Below are positions 37,877-52,300 of a DNA stretch of 64,000 nucleotides, one piece after another. Within the stretch, counting starts at the first letter, position 1; each line of letters opens with the position of its first letter. The DNA is from Botryllus schlosseri (lineage: Eukaryota), in the NCBI GenBank assembly GCA_051294905.1, contig CM119372.1, forward strand, positions 39,186,001 to 39,250,000. Direction: 5' to 3'. Both the position numbers and the translations under genes were made by a program. The notes beneath the pieces were generated by a model, which was not told the DNA's origin, searched no databases, and saw nothing but the letters and a program-made list of their open reading frames with translations.

Positions 37877-38639
37877 CAGGGATGGGCAACCTGCGGCCGC
37901 AGAAGGGAATTTGTGCGGCCGTCGACATGCAAATAGAAATTACGAATTCACTCCCAAATTTTTCAAGAGATTTTAATTCATCATAAAATTTTCTTCGCGC
38001 TCCGCGCGATTCAACATAACTTCATTTTTCGATTTTGATATATAAGCACCCTTCTCAATGTGAGCTGGAATCGGTATCGTGTGGTCCTCGCGAAAGAAAT
38101 ATGTCGATGATACATTTGGGCGATTTCAATATATTTCCACTACCGATATAATTAATCGACAATCCTGATGGGGGTCAAGGAATAACAGAATGCAATGAAG
38201 TGAATAACAACAATTGGCCCACCCAAAGATGCATTATCATTTTTAACTTGACCTAAATTTTCCAAAGCACTCCCTCCATTAACCCTACCGGTGAATCTGA
38301 TAACATGGGCAGAGAAAAGATAAATATATGATAGTAATATGTGATACTGCTACTATTAATGACGGAATTCATTGGTGAATCCGAAAAATTATCGCGGTCC
38401 TCGCGACAATGTGCAATCACAGCAACTATTAATAGCATTGCCACTCGCTATTTCGGTGCGTACAATAGGCTATTGTGACAAGTAGAATAGTCCGGAGTTC
38501 ACCGGGAATGGATATGGACAGATAAACATTTGTATTTTGCGTCCAGACAGTTCAGTGCGGCTATGCCCTGGAATGCGGCCTTAGGCTACTTAAGTAATCG
38601 AAATGCGGCCGTGACTAGCAAAAAGTTGGCCTACCTCTG
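37877..38639. mobile_element. hAT-type MITE, inverted homologue of 31287-32101
   Basis: Termini CAGGGATGGGCAAC...AAGTTGGCCTACCTCTG; TSD TATTATAT/TATTAGAT; interior is a diverged reverse complement of 31287-32101. Confidence 0.85.
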
Positions 38640-39070
38640 TATTAGATGATGTGCTCATTTTGACATGACGATAAGTGTGTGTGTGTGTGTGGGGGGGGGG
38701 GGGGTCACGAGGGCGCAATTTGTTTGATCATCGCCAAGGGATGCGCATGTCCAAAAAGGTCGAGAACCGCTCATACACGCCATATGACAAAGTAATGGCA
38801 TCGCTGTACGGTGCAGTGGCAAGTTGCCGTGGAGAGAGACCTATAATATCGCACCTCGCAATGGTGTAGTTATATCAGTAATTTCAAGCTGAGCAAATCT
38901 GCCTCCGAAAATCTACTTTATATTAATTTACGAAAAAATGGGGGGGGGATCACCCTTCCCCTGGCTACGCCAATGTCCGTATCTTAATTTGACCCATAAT
39001 ACGAAGAATATATAGAGCTGAAAAACATGTGATGATGGGATAGAAATGGAAATGATTAGGCATCTTAAAC

Positions 39071-40120
39071 TAGGGTTACCATATTTTTGTGAAGCAAATT
39101 CCGGACCCTCTTTAGCGCCCACTAGCGGATTTTAAAATGAGTTGTAACTCATTGACCGTCAATATGACGTCACACTGGAAAAGCATTGTTCATCGACTGT
39201 ATACACTATACAGGAATGGAGTGGAACATAGGTCATGAATTGGGCCATCTGTAATGTGAGCTCTGGTGAGTGCTACTTGCTAGGGTCTGCAGTAGATTCC
39301 TCCGCGCGCCGGATGAAATCATCTGGAGGGCCGTGTCTGGCCTGCCAGGATTGTGTTTGGCAGTCCTGCTATACTGTTAGGTCGGTGGGCTATCTGTATA
39401 TGTGTTTTAATCAGATCCGAAACAACATTTTTCTCCCCACCCCCTTCCGCCCAAAAAAGCACCGATCTTGGGCCCACCATAGGATAGTCGATGTAACTTG
39501 TTGGGCACTTACTATATACATTTGGCTGTTAAATTTTATGTATGAATTCTGCCAATAATATTGATTCTTCCGTATATTAGGCTACTATAAAATGCACCAG
39601 CAGGTTGCACATCCGGTGATTTCCAGCCTTCTATGGTCGCGACCTCATTTCCCACTTGAAAATGTTCCATGGCAAAGCTCAACATCATCGCGATCCCCAG
39701 ATAAAGGCGAACGACACCAAGATTTGGAACCACTGTCTGTGATTGAAGCATCCAATCGGCCTTAACCAGCTCTAGGAATATACCATTAGCTTAAAATTGC
39801 GATTACAATCAGACTTATTTCAGTAAATGATGGTTATTTGTATCACTTTTGATTGCATTTTTGGAGAGGGTGGTGCCTGCTGCCCATACTAATATCATTA
39901 CACGTTGCATTAACTCGCGCGCGGCGAAGAACAATTTTGAATATCATAAATCTGCTTGAAAATATAATATTGTTTATGTTGAATACGAAAAACTTTTGAG
40001 CCTGCTTCAAGCCTTCAAAATTCCGGACATTTAGGCATATTTTAGAAATTCCTCCCGGACGCAGATTTTTCAGTGAAATTCCGGACATGTCCGGGAAATT
40101 CCGGACGTATGGCAACCCTA
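39071..40120. mobile_element. TAGGGTTGCCATA-family element, copy 2
   Basis: TIRs; perfect TSD TCTTAAAC (39063-39070, 40121-40128); colinear with 3235-4326 apart from a small internal deletion. Confidence 0.95.
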
Positions 40121-40879
40121 TCTTAAACGTCATGAATTGGGTATCAACAGCGCCAAGTGCTAAAGTGAAATCAATATCGTAATCTGTTTCAAAATATACC
40201 CATAATGGAGATTGCTTGCAATCTTGAAACCGTCATTAAAGCGAAAATAACATGTACAAAGATAGATATAATATTTATTTTATGAGCTCATGGAAGAAAT
40301 ATATATAGTTTAAATGGATTCAAGGCACATGCTTGAGTTTGAAGTATCATTTCCCATTCAATTAAATATCCTAATGCACTATATATATCACTTGAGTACT
40401 GCGGAAATAAGTTCGCTGCTTTTAATAAATCAATTCGCACATATATATAAGCTTAATGAACATAAAATTCCACTGCTTTACGCGCTCACCAACACAAACG
40501 AAATCCCTGACGTAAATGAAGGTTGAGTGATCAAGCATCTCTACAGAAGGAAGCGAGAAGTTTATAGTGGAGTTCCAATCTACAATTAAAGAACATATAT
40601 TTCATCAAATACGTCAAGGTAAGCAACAAATATGCATTTAACACTTTATTTTGACTTTTCTAGAGTTGCATAGATGACAAACTCAATTTGAGAATTAAAT
40701 CTTGTGACTGCTAGAGGACCAGGCCAGCCGAATAATGCCAATGTGTTTGCTAAAAGTCCGTAGGTTATACCTTGTTTTTTCAAGAGTTTCTTGGAGGTAC
40801 AGAACTTCAATATTTATCCAATAGTATACTTATATTGACCAAAATATTATCGTCAGCAACTAGTAGAGGATTTGAAAGA

Positions 40880-41440
40880 AACACTCGGAGCAAAATTCAC
40901 GAGTCAATTTCAAGTCATCAAGTAATCCGTGTCGTCGATAAAAATCACTGTATCTTGCATATGTTCAGATTGTTCGCGAAACGCTGGTTTAACCCGTGAG
41001 AACGACCAATCATTCAATGATCGTGCGTTTCACGGAGCCTACATTGCTCCTCACAGATAAATTAACGGTCAACTAGGTGATCGAAGCTTACATCTCAAGT
41101 TGTCGTAAACTAGTAGTAATGTAACATAATGAGCAATATGTCTATTTTAGTTCTCGGCCATTACCTTAACCAAACCTCTTGTTTCAATGAAATTGAATTC
41201 GAATATAGTTTATATAGTACTCAACCATCGGCACAGGCTCGAATTGTATCATATCAGTTTCTAAATGGGTAATGTATTGCGTCTCATCAGTTCGTTTCTC
41301 TATTCTCTATTTTGGCTGGTAACTATGAACTAAAGCTGTGCAATTACTTACGTAATTTAACAGTTCTACGGATTTGTGAGCGATACATCGCCTTCTTGCG
41401 TGTATATTTAACTTTATATTCTCTCATCGATTCTGAATCA
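40880..41440 (+). repeat. Internal fragment of a family-A MITE without termini
   Basis: CTCGGAGCAAAATTCACGAGTCAATTTCAAGTCATCAAGTAATC.. colinear with ~187-700. Confidence 0.8.
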
Positions 41441-42546
41441 TTGATCACTCAATCTTGAACACTCAGAGTTGCAGTGTCAAGTTGTATACCAGAGTACAGC
41501 GCACTAATTGATAGCATGCAAATCTTGGCTTCCCACAGACTGATATAGAAACAGATACCATGATATCCAGTCTAACGTGTAACATGATTTATTTTAAAAT
41601 TTCCGTTCACTGTTGTTGTATAATTTATACAAACAGGGGGCGAAGTAATTCATTTTTCCAATAGAAAAATCTTAGTGACTAGCTAGTTTAAATGAGATGA
41701 TTTGGTTTACAAGACTCGTCTCTTAGAAGCCTTACAGCAATGTATAATGTATATATATCATCTACATATCGTCGGGACAACAACAATGGTTTGACGAACT
41801 CACGCTGGGATAGAAGCTCGCCGCCCTCATTATATCCTATGATAATGTTAGCTAAAATAAATCGCACAGGCGAGCCCATTGTCACGAAGTGTATTTGCTC
41901 ATCCATGAGATTTTTAAAGCTAAATTCAATAGAACAGGTTACGGTCTGTAAAAGTTCAACGAATACGTTACGCGGGAATGATGGTGAGGGTAACTTTACG
42001 CTGTAAAGCGCATTGACACAGATATCATTAGTCTCCTGCAGCGGAACGCTCGTAAAGAGACTCGAGATATCAACCGACCTCAGGAACACTTCTGAACTTG
42101 GCAGATCCAAGTGAAACGAACAGCGATCACATTCCGTGCCGTACAATTCCCGAACAGGTTCCAAGATCTCAATAAGTCATTTTGCCAGCTGATGTTGAGC
42201 AGTCTAGTCATGAAAAGTATATGTCACACCGGGATATTCTATTCGTGAGCTTTTGGTAGTCAATACATGCGTCATCTTTGCGATCCTGTTGGTCTTATTG
42301 CGCTGTATATCTCCGCCGTCAAGACATCGCTCTTCTTCAACGCCAATAGCCGACGTACAAGTCGTGCTTCAATTTTGGCTGTGATATCGTATTCAGAACC
42401 CGATCCATGCGAGATTAATTTTATTGTCATGCAATATTGATTCCATTTTCGAAATGTAGTCAGCTTTCTTCCGAATGACAACACCGTATCCCTTGACTGG
42501 TTTGGTGATATGGATTTCAGGGTTGGAACGTAATGCTCTGATACCA

Positions 42547-45500
42547 CCCAGCAAACACCCGATCTCCCACGGACTTACGGGTACGTCCACAATTGTGCCC
42601 AATCGTCCCACGTCCCACTTTTAGTGACTGAGGACTTGCTCCGTAAGTCACAAATTGACGTCCAATTATGTAACTCCAAGTGACCCCCAGAGGAAGTAAC
42701 TTTTAGAGTGCTCCTATGCCAGTTACCAATGACCATCCTAGTGGATGCCATAATAGTGTGATGCCTGGATGCCACCTACACAGTAGTTGATTTGGATGTC
42801 CTTACTGGAAAATCGTTTCAATGAACTCAAATGTGCATTATTCTGCAGTCAATGCTAAATAAGTTGTGTTGAATACACTCATGATACAAGTGAAATCTAG
42901 TGGAGTGAATGTTGATATGGTGATGACTTTCCCATCGCGTGGAATTTCACAAGCCCGGCTATCGATCATTGTGGTCGCACAGTGCTAAGGAGGCTCGATT
43001 TAATGTGCGATACAGAGACACAGTTGCTTATTTTATTGTGACATTACTGAGTGGAAAATGCCCACATCAGGGGCAAATACTCGAAATACATGTGAAATCT
43101 TCCGACATCAGAACTTGATAATCGTCATGATGGGATTGTCATGACTATTCCAATCACGGAACAACGCAGTAAGCAATCCTCTCCGCTATTTCGATAATGG
43201 AGTCGAACACGCCTGTTGCTACAAATTCATCCAACCATAAAACCAGAAGCCTGCCTTCTTCTATTTGGCGAGCATCGCGCATGCGCGTGTAATTCAATTT
43301 GATCAGCGTATGTAGCAATGGCGGAAGGACGAATTATCACAGTAATGGTTTAGTTCTTAATTGGAAATGTTAACGGCGTGGATTGTGAGATGTCTCTATC
43401 ATGAGTACCGGAAGGGCAGGAAGCTTGGTATTTGAGTGCTATATTTAATAAACAGCAAGAGTCTCGACTCTCGATCATCATGAACTGCTGATGCGATAGT
43501 GAATTCGACTATATGATTATAGTGACACGGCTGTAATATCAGCTATACAGACGAAAGTGATCGACCCGCTGCTAATCGGTAACGCATGCAAGCCGATGGT
43601 AGTACATTTGATACTATATGATAATGTATTGATCATAGAAGTCTGATTTATTGTGCTCTGTTGCATAATGTCTCACAAGCAATAACTTGACATTTCATGT
43701 GCATCCTGTGACAAGTTTTACAAGGATTTCTTAGGACTGCAGGACCCAATCAGCAAACCAGATGCCGCATAAAGTAATGTACCGGTATTTTATAACATAT
43801 CGGTATATACTGAATTTTGAAATGTTATGTAGGCTAATAGAAATGTGGAATGTTCCTTTATGGAATGTGAGATTGCTGAATTTGTGGATGCATGAAGATT
43901 GTAGCATCACATTAACATCCATTTTCGTATTTTTGTGTCCACAACAGTATATAACCATCTATAATAGCGTTAATAAAATAATTGAGGCTTTCAGTGAACA
44001 TGAACATGTAAGAATTTATGGCAATATTGGTTTGTATTTAGGGTATTTTAGGAGCAACATTATAATAGTTTGTTAGCCCATCTTTAACCTCGCTCTAATC
44101 AAAGGATACTCCAACACTAAACCAATTATAAACTCTATAAACTTAACATGTTCATGGTCTGGTGCAGACGGGTTGTTGGCAATGTTACCGCAATATTGGC
44201 ACGGCCTCCGTGCATATACTTTTATAGCTTGATTATAACTTTCGATATTAGTATATATACACGGAAACATTGCCTACATTGCAGCAGTATTAAAAAAGTA
44301 GGCTATGGATGGGCCCTAAGGAAGGCTGATTGCTCGATGGTCATCTTGCCGTCGATAAGAAAACACAACCTTGTTATCAATGGTTTCTTACTATATATGG
44401 ATGGGACATATCTGTGTTTGTGTATACAAAGTTACTTTATTTCTACCAGGAGACTAGATATTGAACAGGCAATGTTATGTAGTTCTAAACTTCAGAGGAA
44501 GGCGCCGCAGTGGTGCATTGTTCATGGATCAAGATGTTGAATTATGTAAGTTGAAGTTACGAACTATATATGATGATTTATGATTGTTCAATAATTAGCA
44601 ATTTATTACCCTGAAAAAAGTGCCATCGATGATGCGGGAATATACTATTTACGGTGGTTCGCAATCGGGCTGCTAAAACGTGCTGGATGGAACTATAATT
44701 TTATTATAAACTGCATTCTTATAGTGGCATAGAGCGTGTAATTTCAGTAGGCTGTCTTGAAAATAGTCACATACTTGGCTCAAATCGTAAGAATTGATAC
44801 TCGTTCGAGATTTGAGTAACCATACCAATGTGCTCAGCCCTACTGATTAGTCATTATAGTGAGTAGAATGTGGGAATGGTCCAGCTTGAACTTCATTGTC
44901 TTTGTTATTTTTTACAGGATATTCTAGATTCCTGGCTTGGCTTCTTGACAAATGGCTTCACTACAAACATTATAATAATTTTGATTATTTAGATCGACAA
45001 TGTCTTCAATTGATAGTGTTCAACAACGCCAAGAACACTGTACAAAGAATGTCTTGATGACTGGAACCAAAAACGTTCGGAAGTACTACTGCCACATGGA
45101 ACAAGCGTTGCTGTAAATCGGTGCTGTGTCATCCTCAGGAAAAAGTCGAAAGGTATAAAACATTGATTACACTTCATGGAAACCAGAGGCTATGTGAAAG
45201 TAATCATCTTTTGAACTGAAGTAGATGTAATGTTATGGATTTATACACACCTAGAGGTAACAACTTTAAAGTTGCGTTAGATCTACCTGAAATGGAAGTA
45301 GATAATGCAGTTCTGGAAATTATACAAATAATAAGTTTTAAAAAGTAGATTTGGTTGAGGTGTTGCGTAGGCCTTCTTAGCGTTTAATCATAGCTGGTGG
45401 TCAAAGTAATTATTGTTTGCACTGGAGTTGAAATAGTTGCAATTGCAACGCCTTGAATTTCTACTGCTGTACAATTAGCCATTTAGCAAGCTTGTAAAAT

Positions 45501-48038
45501 TCACTTCAAAATGAATTAAAAAGTTCTAAAAGAAAATTTTGTGCTCTATTCTATCCCGAGGGTTCTTAACCAGGGCCCGTAGACCCTTTCGTGGTACGAA
45601 GCACCACATCAGAGGGTACGGTATTCATCGTGGAATTAGACCTATATGCTGTGGTTCTCGTGCTATGCGCAATTTTATGTGAATTGACTCTCTGATTTTA
45701 ATATAGGTACCATCAGAAATTGTGTTGAAAATAAATTGTGGGCTGCTAGAAATCTTTTAAGTAGCATGAAGGGTGCGATCGCTAAGGCTAAGAAACAATG
45801 CTATTACTATGGCTAAAGTTGTTATTGATATGTTCCAATAATAATCGAAGGCAACATCTAATTCTGAATTAATTTGACTTCGGTAATGACAGTAGCAACA
45901 GCCTACTTATCACGACTATATCAAAACCCGGATTAGGCTACATCGCTCAAATGCTCAAATACCAGATCAAATTTCAGTAGATTTTAAAATACCCTACAAA
46001 AAACTGTGACACGTCAAAGGTCCACCAACTGCAATATTATAACCCAGAGTTTGACGATGTCATGATGCATCATATTGCATTATCTCTATAACTCATTATT
46101 TTAACAAATTATGCCCAGCACAAAAATAATTTTATTGAAATATTCAAAACTGTGATTTTTTTTCGTGTCAAACGTGGATGATACAATAGTAAATTACATT
46201 CTCGAGATGTTTGTGGAATGCTTGTCTGCAAGCTCCCGTCAAATAAGGCCTACATGGAAATTATACATTGAATATCCTTATCTTGCTGCGTCGTCAAAAT
46301 TCTGGAAAATGACCTGCGACCACATTTGAATTTGAAGCCTCTGCTCTATATGATGTGACAACATTAAGAACAAGGAAAAGTTGAAATATCTATCTCCTAT
46401 GCGACTTCAAAGAAAATGAATACCGGCTCTACATCACATCGAAGAAAGTTTTTCAGATTTAAGATAATTCCTATTTCATTGTACTTTGAGAGAATACATT
46501 TGTCATTGACACGATCGTGCGTAGCTACGTCCTACATGTGCCGTGTTCTGCGATATGACCAATCGATGTTTTTGGGCCTCGCAGTGGTACATAGAATCGG
46601 AATTCTAATTCTTGTTGAGTACAATTTATGTACCCTAAAAGATCATCTGTTTCGACTTATCGTTACTCTATTCAGATCCGTGGCAAGCCCTAGTTGTAGT
46701 AGGTGGTAAGTTCGAAATGAAGGTGGTCAAAGTATTCATCGTTAGTACCGTACTTAATAGTATAAATAGCGATTTACAAGACATCAAACTACTTCCAAGT
46801 GTCGACACGGTCAAAATATGGAGACTTGAGGAATGTCGTAGTTGTATGCTTTTAAACAAAGATAAGGAAAGTAATCATTTTCAGCACTCAATTAGAAATA
46901 TTTGTAGCGTCAGTAGTCTAGTACAAGTAAGAGTAACGCAATGTATTTCTACTCGGGTTCAAGCACTCAAGCAGCGATATACACGGCTTATCAAAACTAT
47001 TTTAGGTAAAGTAGACGTTCTGGAAAGTACTGAAGAATGTACTTGAGGTGTTTCCACAATTTAATTTGATTGACGGGTTGCATACTCCGTATCACTACGT
47101 CAGAAGCTTCCCGCACTCGAGTAGACATGGTAGTATCATCATAAATTATCACTCAGCACAAGTAGAAGTAGCGGAAGCGGATAACAAGACATATCACAAT
47201 TAATGCACGAGGAAATAGAAATTGAAGCCCTGACGCAAATTCCAAATGATCTGCTGACATTGTTGTATATGTTTCAGGCAAAACAAAGACCAAGAAGAAA
47301 ACTGTTGTTGCAACCAAGTTTATTGCGAATACGCGCTCGCGCTCTTAACATGATGCTGTGCAAATGATGCATCGTTTTATCATATGCAATGTAAATTGTT
47401 ACTTATGATTGCTTCATGCTTTTCCCTGTTTTAGTTGTATTAGCAGTTGTACTTTTTCAAAGTCATGTGACACGTTTATTTCTAATTTCATGATGCACTT
47501 CAATTGAAATGTTTGTAATGGTAATATAAAATTGACTTAGAACTTGCTGTTATGTACAAAATCCCACTGACACATTTATTCGTAGTGATTTCCTGATCGA
47601 TTTTTCACATAAGCCTGAACTTTGTTAACAAGTAATAGTTCATTAGTTAATGTTGTACTTGTATTTTGCAATTGTCGTTTTCCAGTAACCCAATATAAAC
47701 AGTTCGTTAGTTTATATGATGTTGAATTCCATGTAATTGCACCAGGTGTGGAGGGGAGTCCTGATATGGTAATCCCGAGGAATGAAACAGGTGGTAAATG
47801 ACATATCCTTAGGGAGTCACGTCACGTCCACAGTAGGTCTGACGCATCCATAGGGAGTCAAGTCACGTTCACAGCAGATCCAATGAGTCCATATGGAGTC
47901 GCTTCACGTCCATAGTAGACCAACTCAGGAAGTGTTTAGGACGCTTCTAGTAGTCGACAAATCCACTCCAGGGAAGTAACACTGGGCGCCCTGCGGCTAT
48001 TCCGCAGGAAGTCAACTGGAAATCGAGTGTTTGCTGGG
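42547..48038. mobile_element. CACTA/EnSpm (CMC)-type element, 5.5 kb, no transposase recognised
   Basis: TIR CCCAGCAAACACCCGATCTCC vs revcomp CCCAGCAAACACTCGATTTCC (19/21); 2-bp TSD CA; ~41-bp subterminal repeats at 47811-47920; cleanly interrupts the Penelope ORF. Confidence 0.85.
43318..47349 (+). pseudogene. Possible decayed multi-exon cargo/accessory gene inside the CACTA element
   Basis: GCGCATGCGC motif at ~43277, then ATG GCG GAA..ACA|GTAATG; several AG..GT-bounded segments (e.g. ~43948-44007 YITIYNSVNKIIEAFSEHEH; ~46676-46705 DPWQALVVVG; last ~47278 KTKTKKKTVVATKF..*); no complete ORF could be assembled. Confidence 0.3.
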
Positions 48039-48347
48039 CAAGGAAACACTCTTTGTTCATCAAAAATCAGCCTTGTCGATAGGGCATCCGCAATACGAAT
48101 GCGCGAACTCCAGGGTTGTAGTGACTCCAGTCATGACTCGACTTGAGTCCGACTCGAGTCACGATTTTTTGATGACCCGACTTGACTCGAGTCATTTTCT
48201 CAAAATACGGAAATGACTCGACTCGACTCGAGTCAATCTGTGTATTGACTCGACTTGGACTCGAGTTATATATGCGCACCCATTGGAGTATTTGGTTGTA
48301 TTAAGGAAACGAAACTAATTAACTATTAGAAACTATAACTGAATTTT

Positions 48348-49285
48348 GTGATGGAGAACCCTGATCAACGTGATTGGACGTCCAGAATAGACTCCATGGA
48401 AAAAAGAATAACAAAAAATCTTGAAAGCATGCTGCGATCCATCATCGAAAAGACCTTTCAAAACTCGATGGCAGAATTTAAAAAATCGATCAACGATGGA
48501 ATCACCAAGCTATCTACTCGTATCGACAAGCTATTTACCAGATCTGACTTGATGGCAAAAGAGATGAAATCCCTTAATGACTCCATGGAGAATATCTCAT
48601 CTGAAATGGCAACATTGAAGACGCAAAACTCAATGCTGGATAAAAAAATTGATGATATGGAGCAAAGTCAAGTTTTTATTTGCAAGGAATATGAAGACCA
48701 GAAACAAAACATGAATGAACTTGAAGGATTACTAAAAGATCTCGAAACATGGAAAACATCCGTTGAGGAAGATGTGAGACAACTAAAACAGACCAGTGAA
48801 GAAAATTCATTTAGTACGGATGAAATGACTTGCATATGAGGCGAAACAATCTTGAATTCCATGGGATACCCTTTACAAAAGAAGAAAACACTGACAATCT
48901 AATCATTCGTGCTGTCGCAGTTCTTGGGATAGATGTCACAGCCAACGACATATCCATTTCTCACCGCTTGCCTTCAAAACACCAGAGTCTACCGCCGCCA
49001 ATACTGGTCCGATTTACTTCATTGAAAATGAGGAATCTCATCCTGAAAGCACGAAACAAACTGTCGAAGATTGAAGATTTTGGGATCCCAAAAATGACTT
49101 CACTGTTTATCAATGAAAATTTGACCAAGAATGCTCGTGACCTGCTCACCGCTGCCAAAACTTTCAAAAAGAAACACGACTATGATTATTTATGGATAAA
49201 CAATGGCCGCATATTCCTAAGAAGATCCCCTGGTGAGGAAAAAATTCATCTTCGTTGTCAAAATGACCTTGACCAGCTGCAATAA
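48348..49285 (+). pseudogene. LINE ORF1 (coiled coil + RRM-like), frameshifted at ~48830
   Basis: Heptad-rich 48348-48839, then in another frame MRRNNLEFHGIP..ISISHRLP..PPILVRF..LFINENLT..YLWINNGRIFLR, typical ORF1 motifs. Confidence 0.88.
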
Positions 49286-49330
49286 TTCCTTGCTATCATC
49301 TACTGACAATCTTCTCACATCACTGCCAAT

Positions 49331-52300
49331 ATGGCGAGACGACGCTGCAAAGCATGCTTTGAATATTGCGAATCTGATGACCCAACCCTTAAATGTGTTA
49401 TCTGTAATTGCTGGTTACACCAGAGATGTGTGAGTGCTTCTGATTTTCAGCCTAATAATGCTACTGCCATACAGCATTATTGTAATGTTTGCCTAAACAA
49501 TAATCTTGCTCTTGGTCATTCTTATGAAACATTGTGCCAAACCACTACTTCCCCTGCAGAGATCACTGATAGTAACAAATTATCAACTAAACAAGTAGAG
49601 CTTAACAACCTAAATGCATGTAAATGTATTGATTTTACAGCTGATTCTATTCAAATACCCAAGACCAACCATTTTGCTATTGGTCATGTAAACATTGTAT
49701 CTTTGCAGAAAAACTTCGACAAGCTTCATGAATTTCTATGCTCACTGGGTATCCCAGTTACATTACTTGCAGTCTCTGAGACCAGACTTCAGAGTGACCC
49801 AATTAGTAACATAAATATTGATGGCTATTCTTTTATTCATAGCCCAACCATATCCAAGGCTGGTGGAGTGGGTTTGTATATACATGATGACATAACTTAC
49901 CAAGAGAATCAAGAATTTGAAATAAAAGGCTGTCAATGTGAACAGCTATGGATTGAAATTTCTGGTATGCCAACCTTCCTAGACTCCGTTATTGTTGAAT
50001 CAATCTATAGACACCCAAGGGATAATGTTCCCAATTTCATGGAACAATTTTCCTTGACCCTAGAATTATTGAACAGTAAAGATAAAAAATTCATTATCAC
50101 CGGTGACTTCAACATCAACCTATTAGATACATCACCCATGGTCAGAGAATATCTAGACATGATATCAAGTCACGACACTGCTCAAATTATAACCCATCCG
50201 ACAAGAGTCACAAGAACATCTAAAACACTCTTGGATCATACCTATACAAATATTGCTGATCAATCAATATCCCCTTTTGTTGTGGAATGTAACTTGAGTG
50301 ATCACTATCCAATATTATGTCAATTTGGATCTCGTCTTAAACGCTTGAGACCAAAGTACATGCGCAGAAATCTGCACAAAATTGACCTGACCTCCTTCTA
50401 CAATGACCTTGACTGCTTGGCAGATAAAACCGATGCTGTGATCCTCCATGATAACAACTTTAATGAAACATTTGATTACTTCATGAAAGAAATCTCTTGT
50501 ATTGTAAACAAACATGCACCTTTAAAAACTCTATCAAAGCGTCAACAAAGATTATCAAATAAACCTTGGTTATCTCTTGGCATACTGGTATCCATTAAGC
50601 ACAGAAACAGACTCTACAGATCACTGAAAAATAAATGGTCAGAATCTAGACAATTGCAATTCAAAAAATATGCCAACTTACTCTCTCAAATCAAAACGAA
50701 AGCAAAGGAACTATATTTTAAGAAACACTTTTCTAAACATCAAAATAATCCACGTGAAACATGGAGATCTGTAAATCGTGTTATCAACAGAAAATCCAAA
50801 TCCAAGGCACCTAACAAAATAAAAGATTTTGTTTCTGATCAAATGGTCTCTGATCAGTCCCGGATGACTGAGATCTTTAATAGTTTCTTTTCTACCATCG
50901 GCACAAAACTCTCGGAATGTTGCTCGAATGATGATGGCGATCACCATCATATTTTTGGAAAACGCCCAAGTTCATCATTCTATCTTCAACCAACGTCACC
51001 AAATGAAGTCATAAGTGTTCTATCTACACTGAAAAACAATAAAGCTCAAGGTCACGACCAACTACCTGTCATTATTGTCAAACACATAGGAATTCACCTA
51101 GCAGATACCATCGCTAAATTATTCAATTTCTCATTTTCTTCAGGGATATTTCCTGATTACCTGAAGATTGCACGTGTGATACCTGTATTTAAATGTGGAG
51201 ACAAAACCAACGCAAGCAACTATCGACCCATTTCGATATTGTCACCGTTTGCCACTCTGCTTGAGAAAATATTATTTGAGAGACTTAACAGTTATCTCAA
51301 TAAAATGAATCTCTTAAACTCAAATCAATATGGTTTTAGAAATAACCACACAACCTCTCAAGCTATATTACAGGTTACCTCGAGGATATATGAGCTCATT
51401 GACTCTAAAAATGTTGCCACTGGCGTGTTTTTAGATCGGAAAAAGGCATTCGACTGTGTCAATCATTCCAAACTAGTTGACAAACTTGAATTCTATGGTA
51501 TACGTGGACTTGCAAAAATGTATTTCGAATCTTACTTAAAAAATAGGAAACAATTTGTTCATATTGGAACAACGCGTTCACAATTGCTACCCATACAGAC
51601 TGGTGTACCTCAGGGATCCGTTCTCGGGCCCCTGCTGTTCATAATTTACATCAATGATATTGGTCATTTATTTAACAATGACATCACACTGTTTGCTGAC
51701 GACACCAGCCTAGTTATACCCGGTAAAAATTTATCTGATGCATTTGACAACATTAACACTAAGCTATCGACAGTGTCAAAATGGATGGCATCTAACCAAC
51801 TTCAGCTCAATGCCTCCAAAACCAAAACTCTCGTATTTCATACACAAGTGAATCGCAGTAGAATTATAGTAAATAACGCACATCTTGATACACATAAAAC
51901 TGTTAAATATCTTGGCACTATCATTGATGATAAACTCGGATGGTCTGAACATATCAACAATATAAAAACTAAAATCTCGCGTGGTGTCGGGGCTCTCTAT
52001 CGCCTTAAAAATTTAATTCCTCATCAAACTCTCAGATCAGTCTACTATGCCTTAATTCACTGCTATCTCATTTATGGGATCCTAGTTTTGGGACCTGCTG
52101 CGAAAAAACATCTGCAGAAATTGCAAGTCTTGCAAAATCGAGCCATACGAATTCTCTGTCGGAAATCTAGATATGAGAATTGTAATAGCATGTATCGTAG
52201 CGTTAGAATATTGAAAGTGGAAGACATTTTCAAATTTGAGGTAATGAAATTCATGCATAGCTATCATCAGGGTGAACTGCCACTATATTTTGATAATCTG

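Noticed and set aside
37456..37936. TP-repeat/GV-repeat ORFs (mucin- or elastin-like)
   Set aside because: Translation artefacts of the (GACTCC)n subterminal array of a MITE end
48800..48845. Programmed frameshift in LINE ORF1
   Set aside because: No slippery heptamer at the overlap; a simple inactivating indel or sequencing error is more likely
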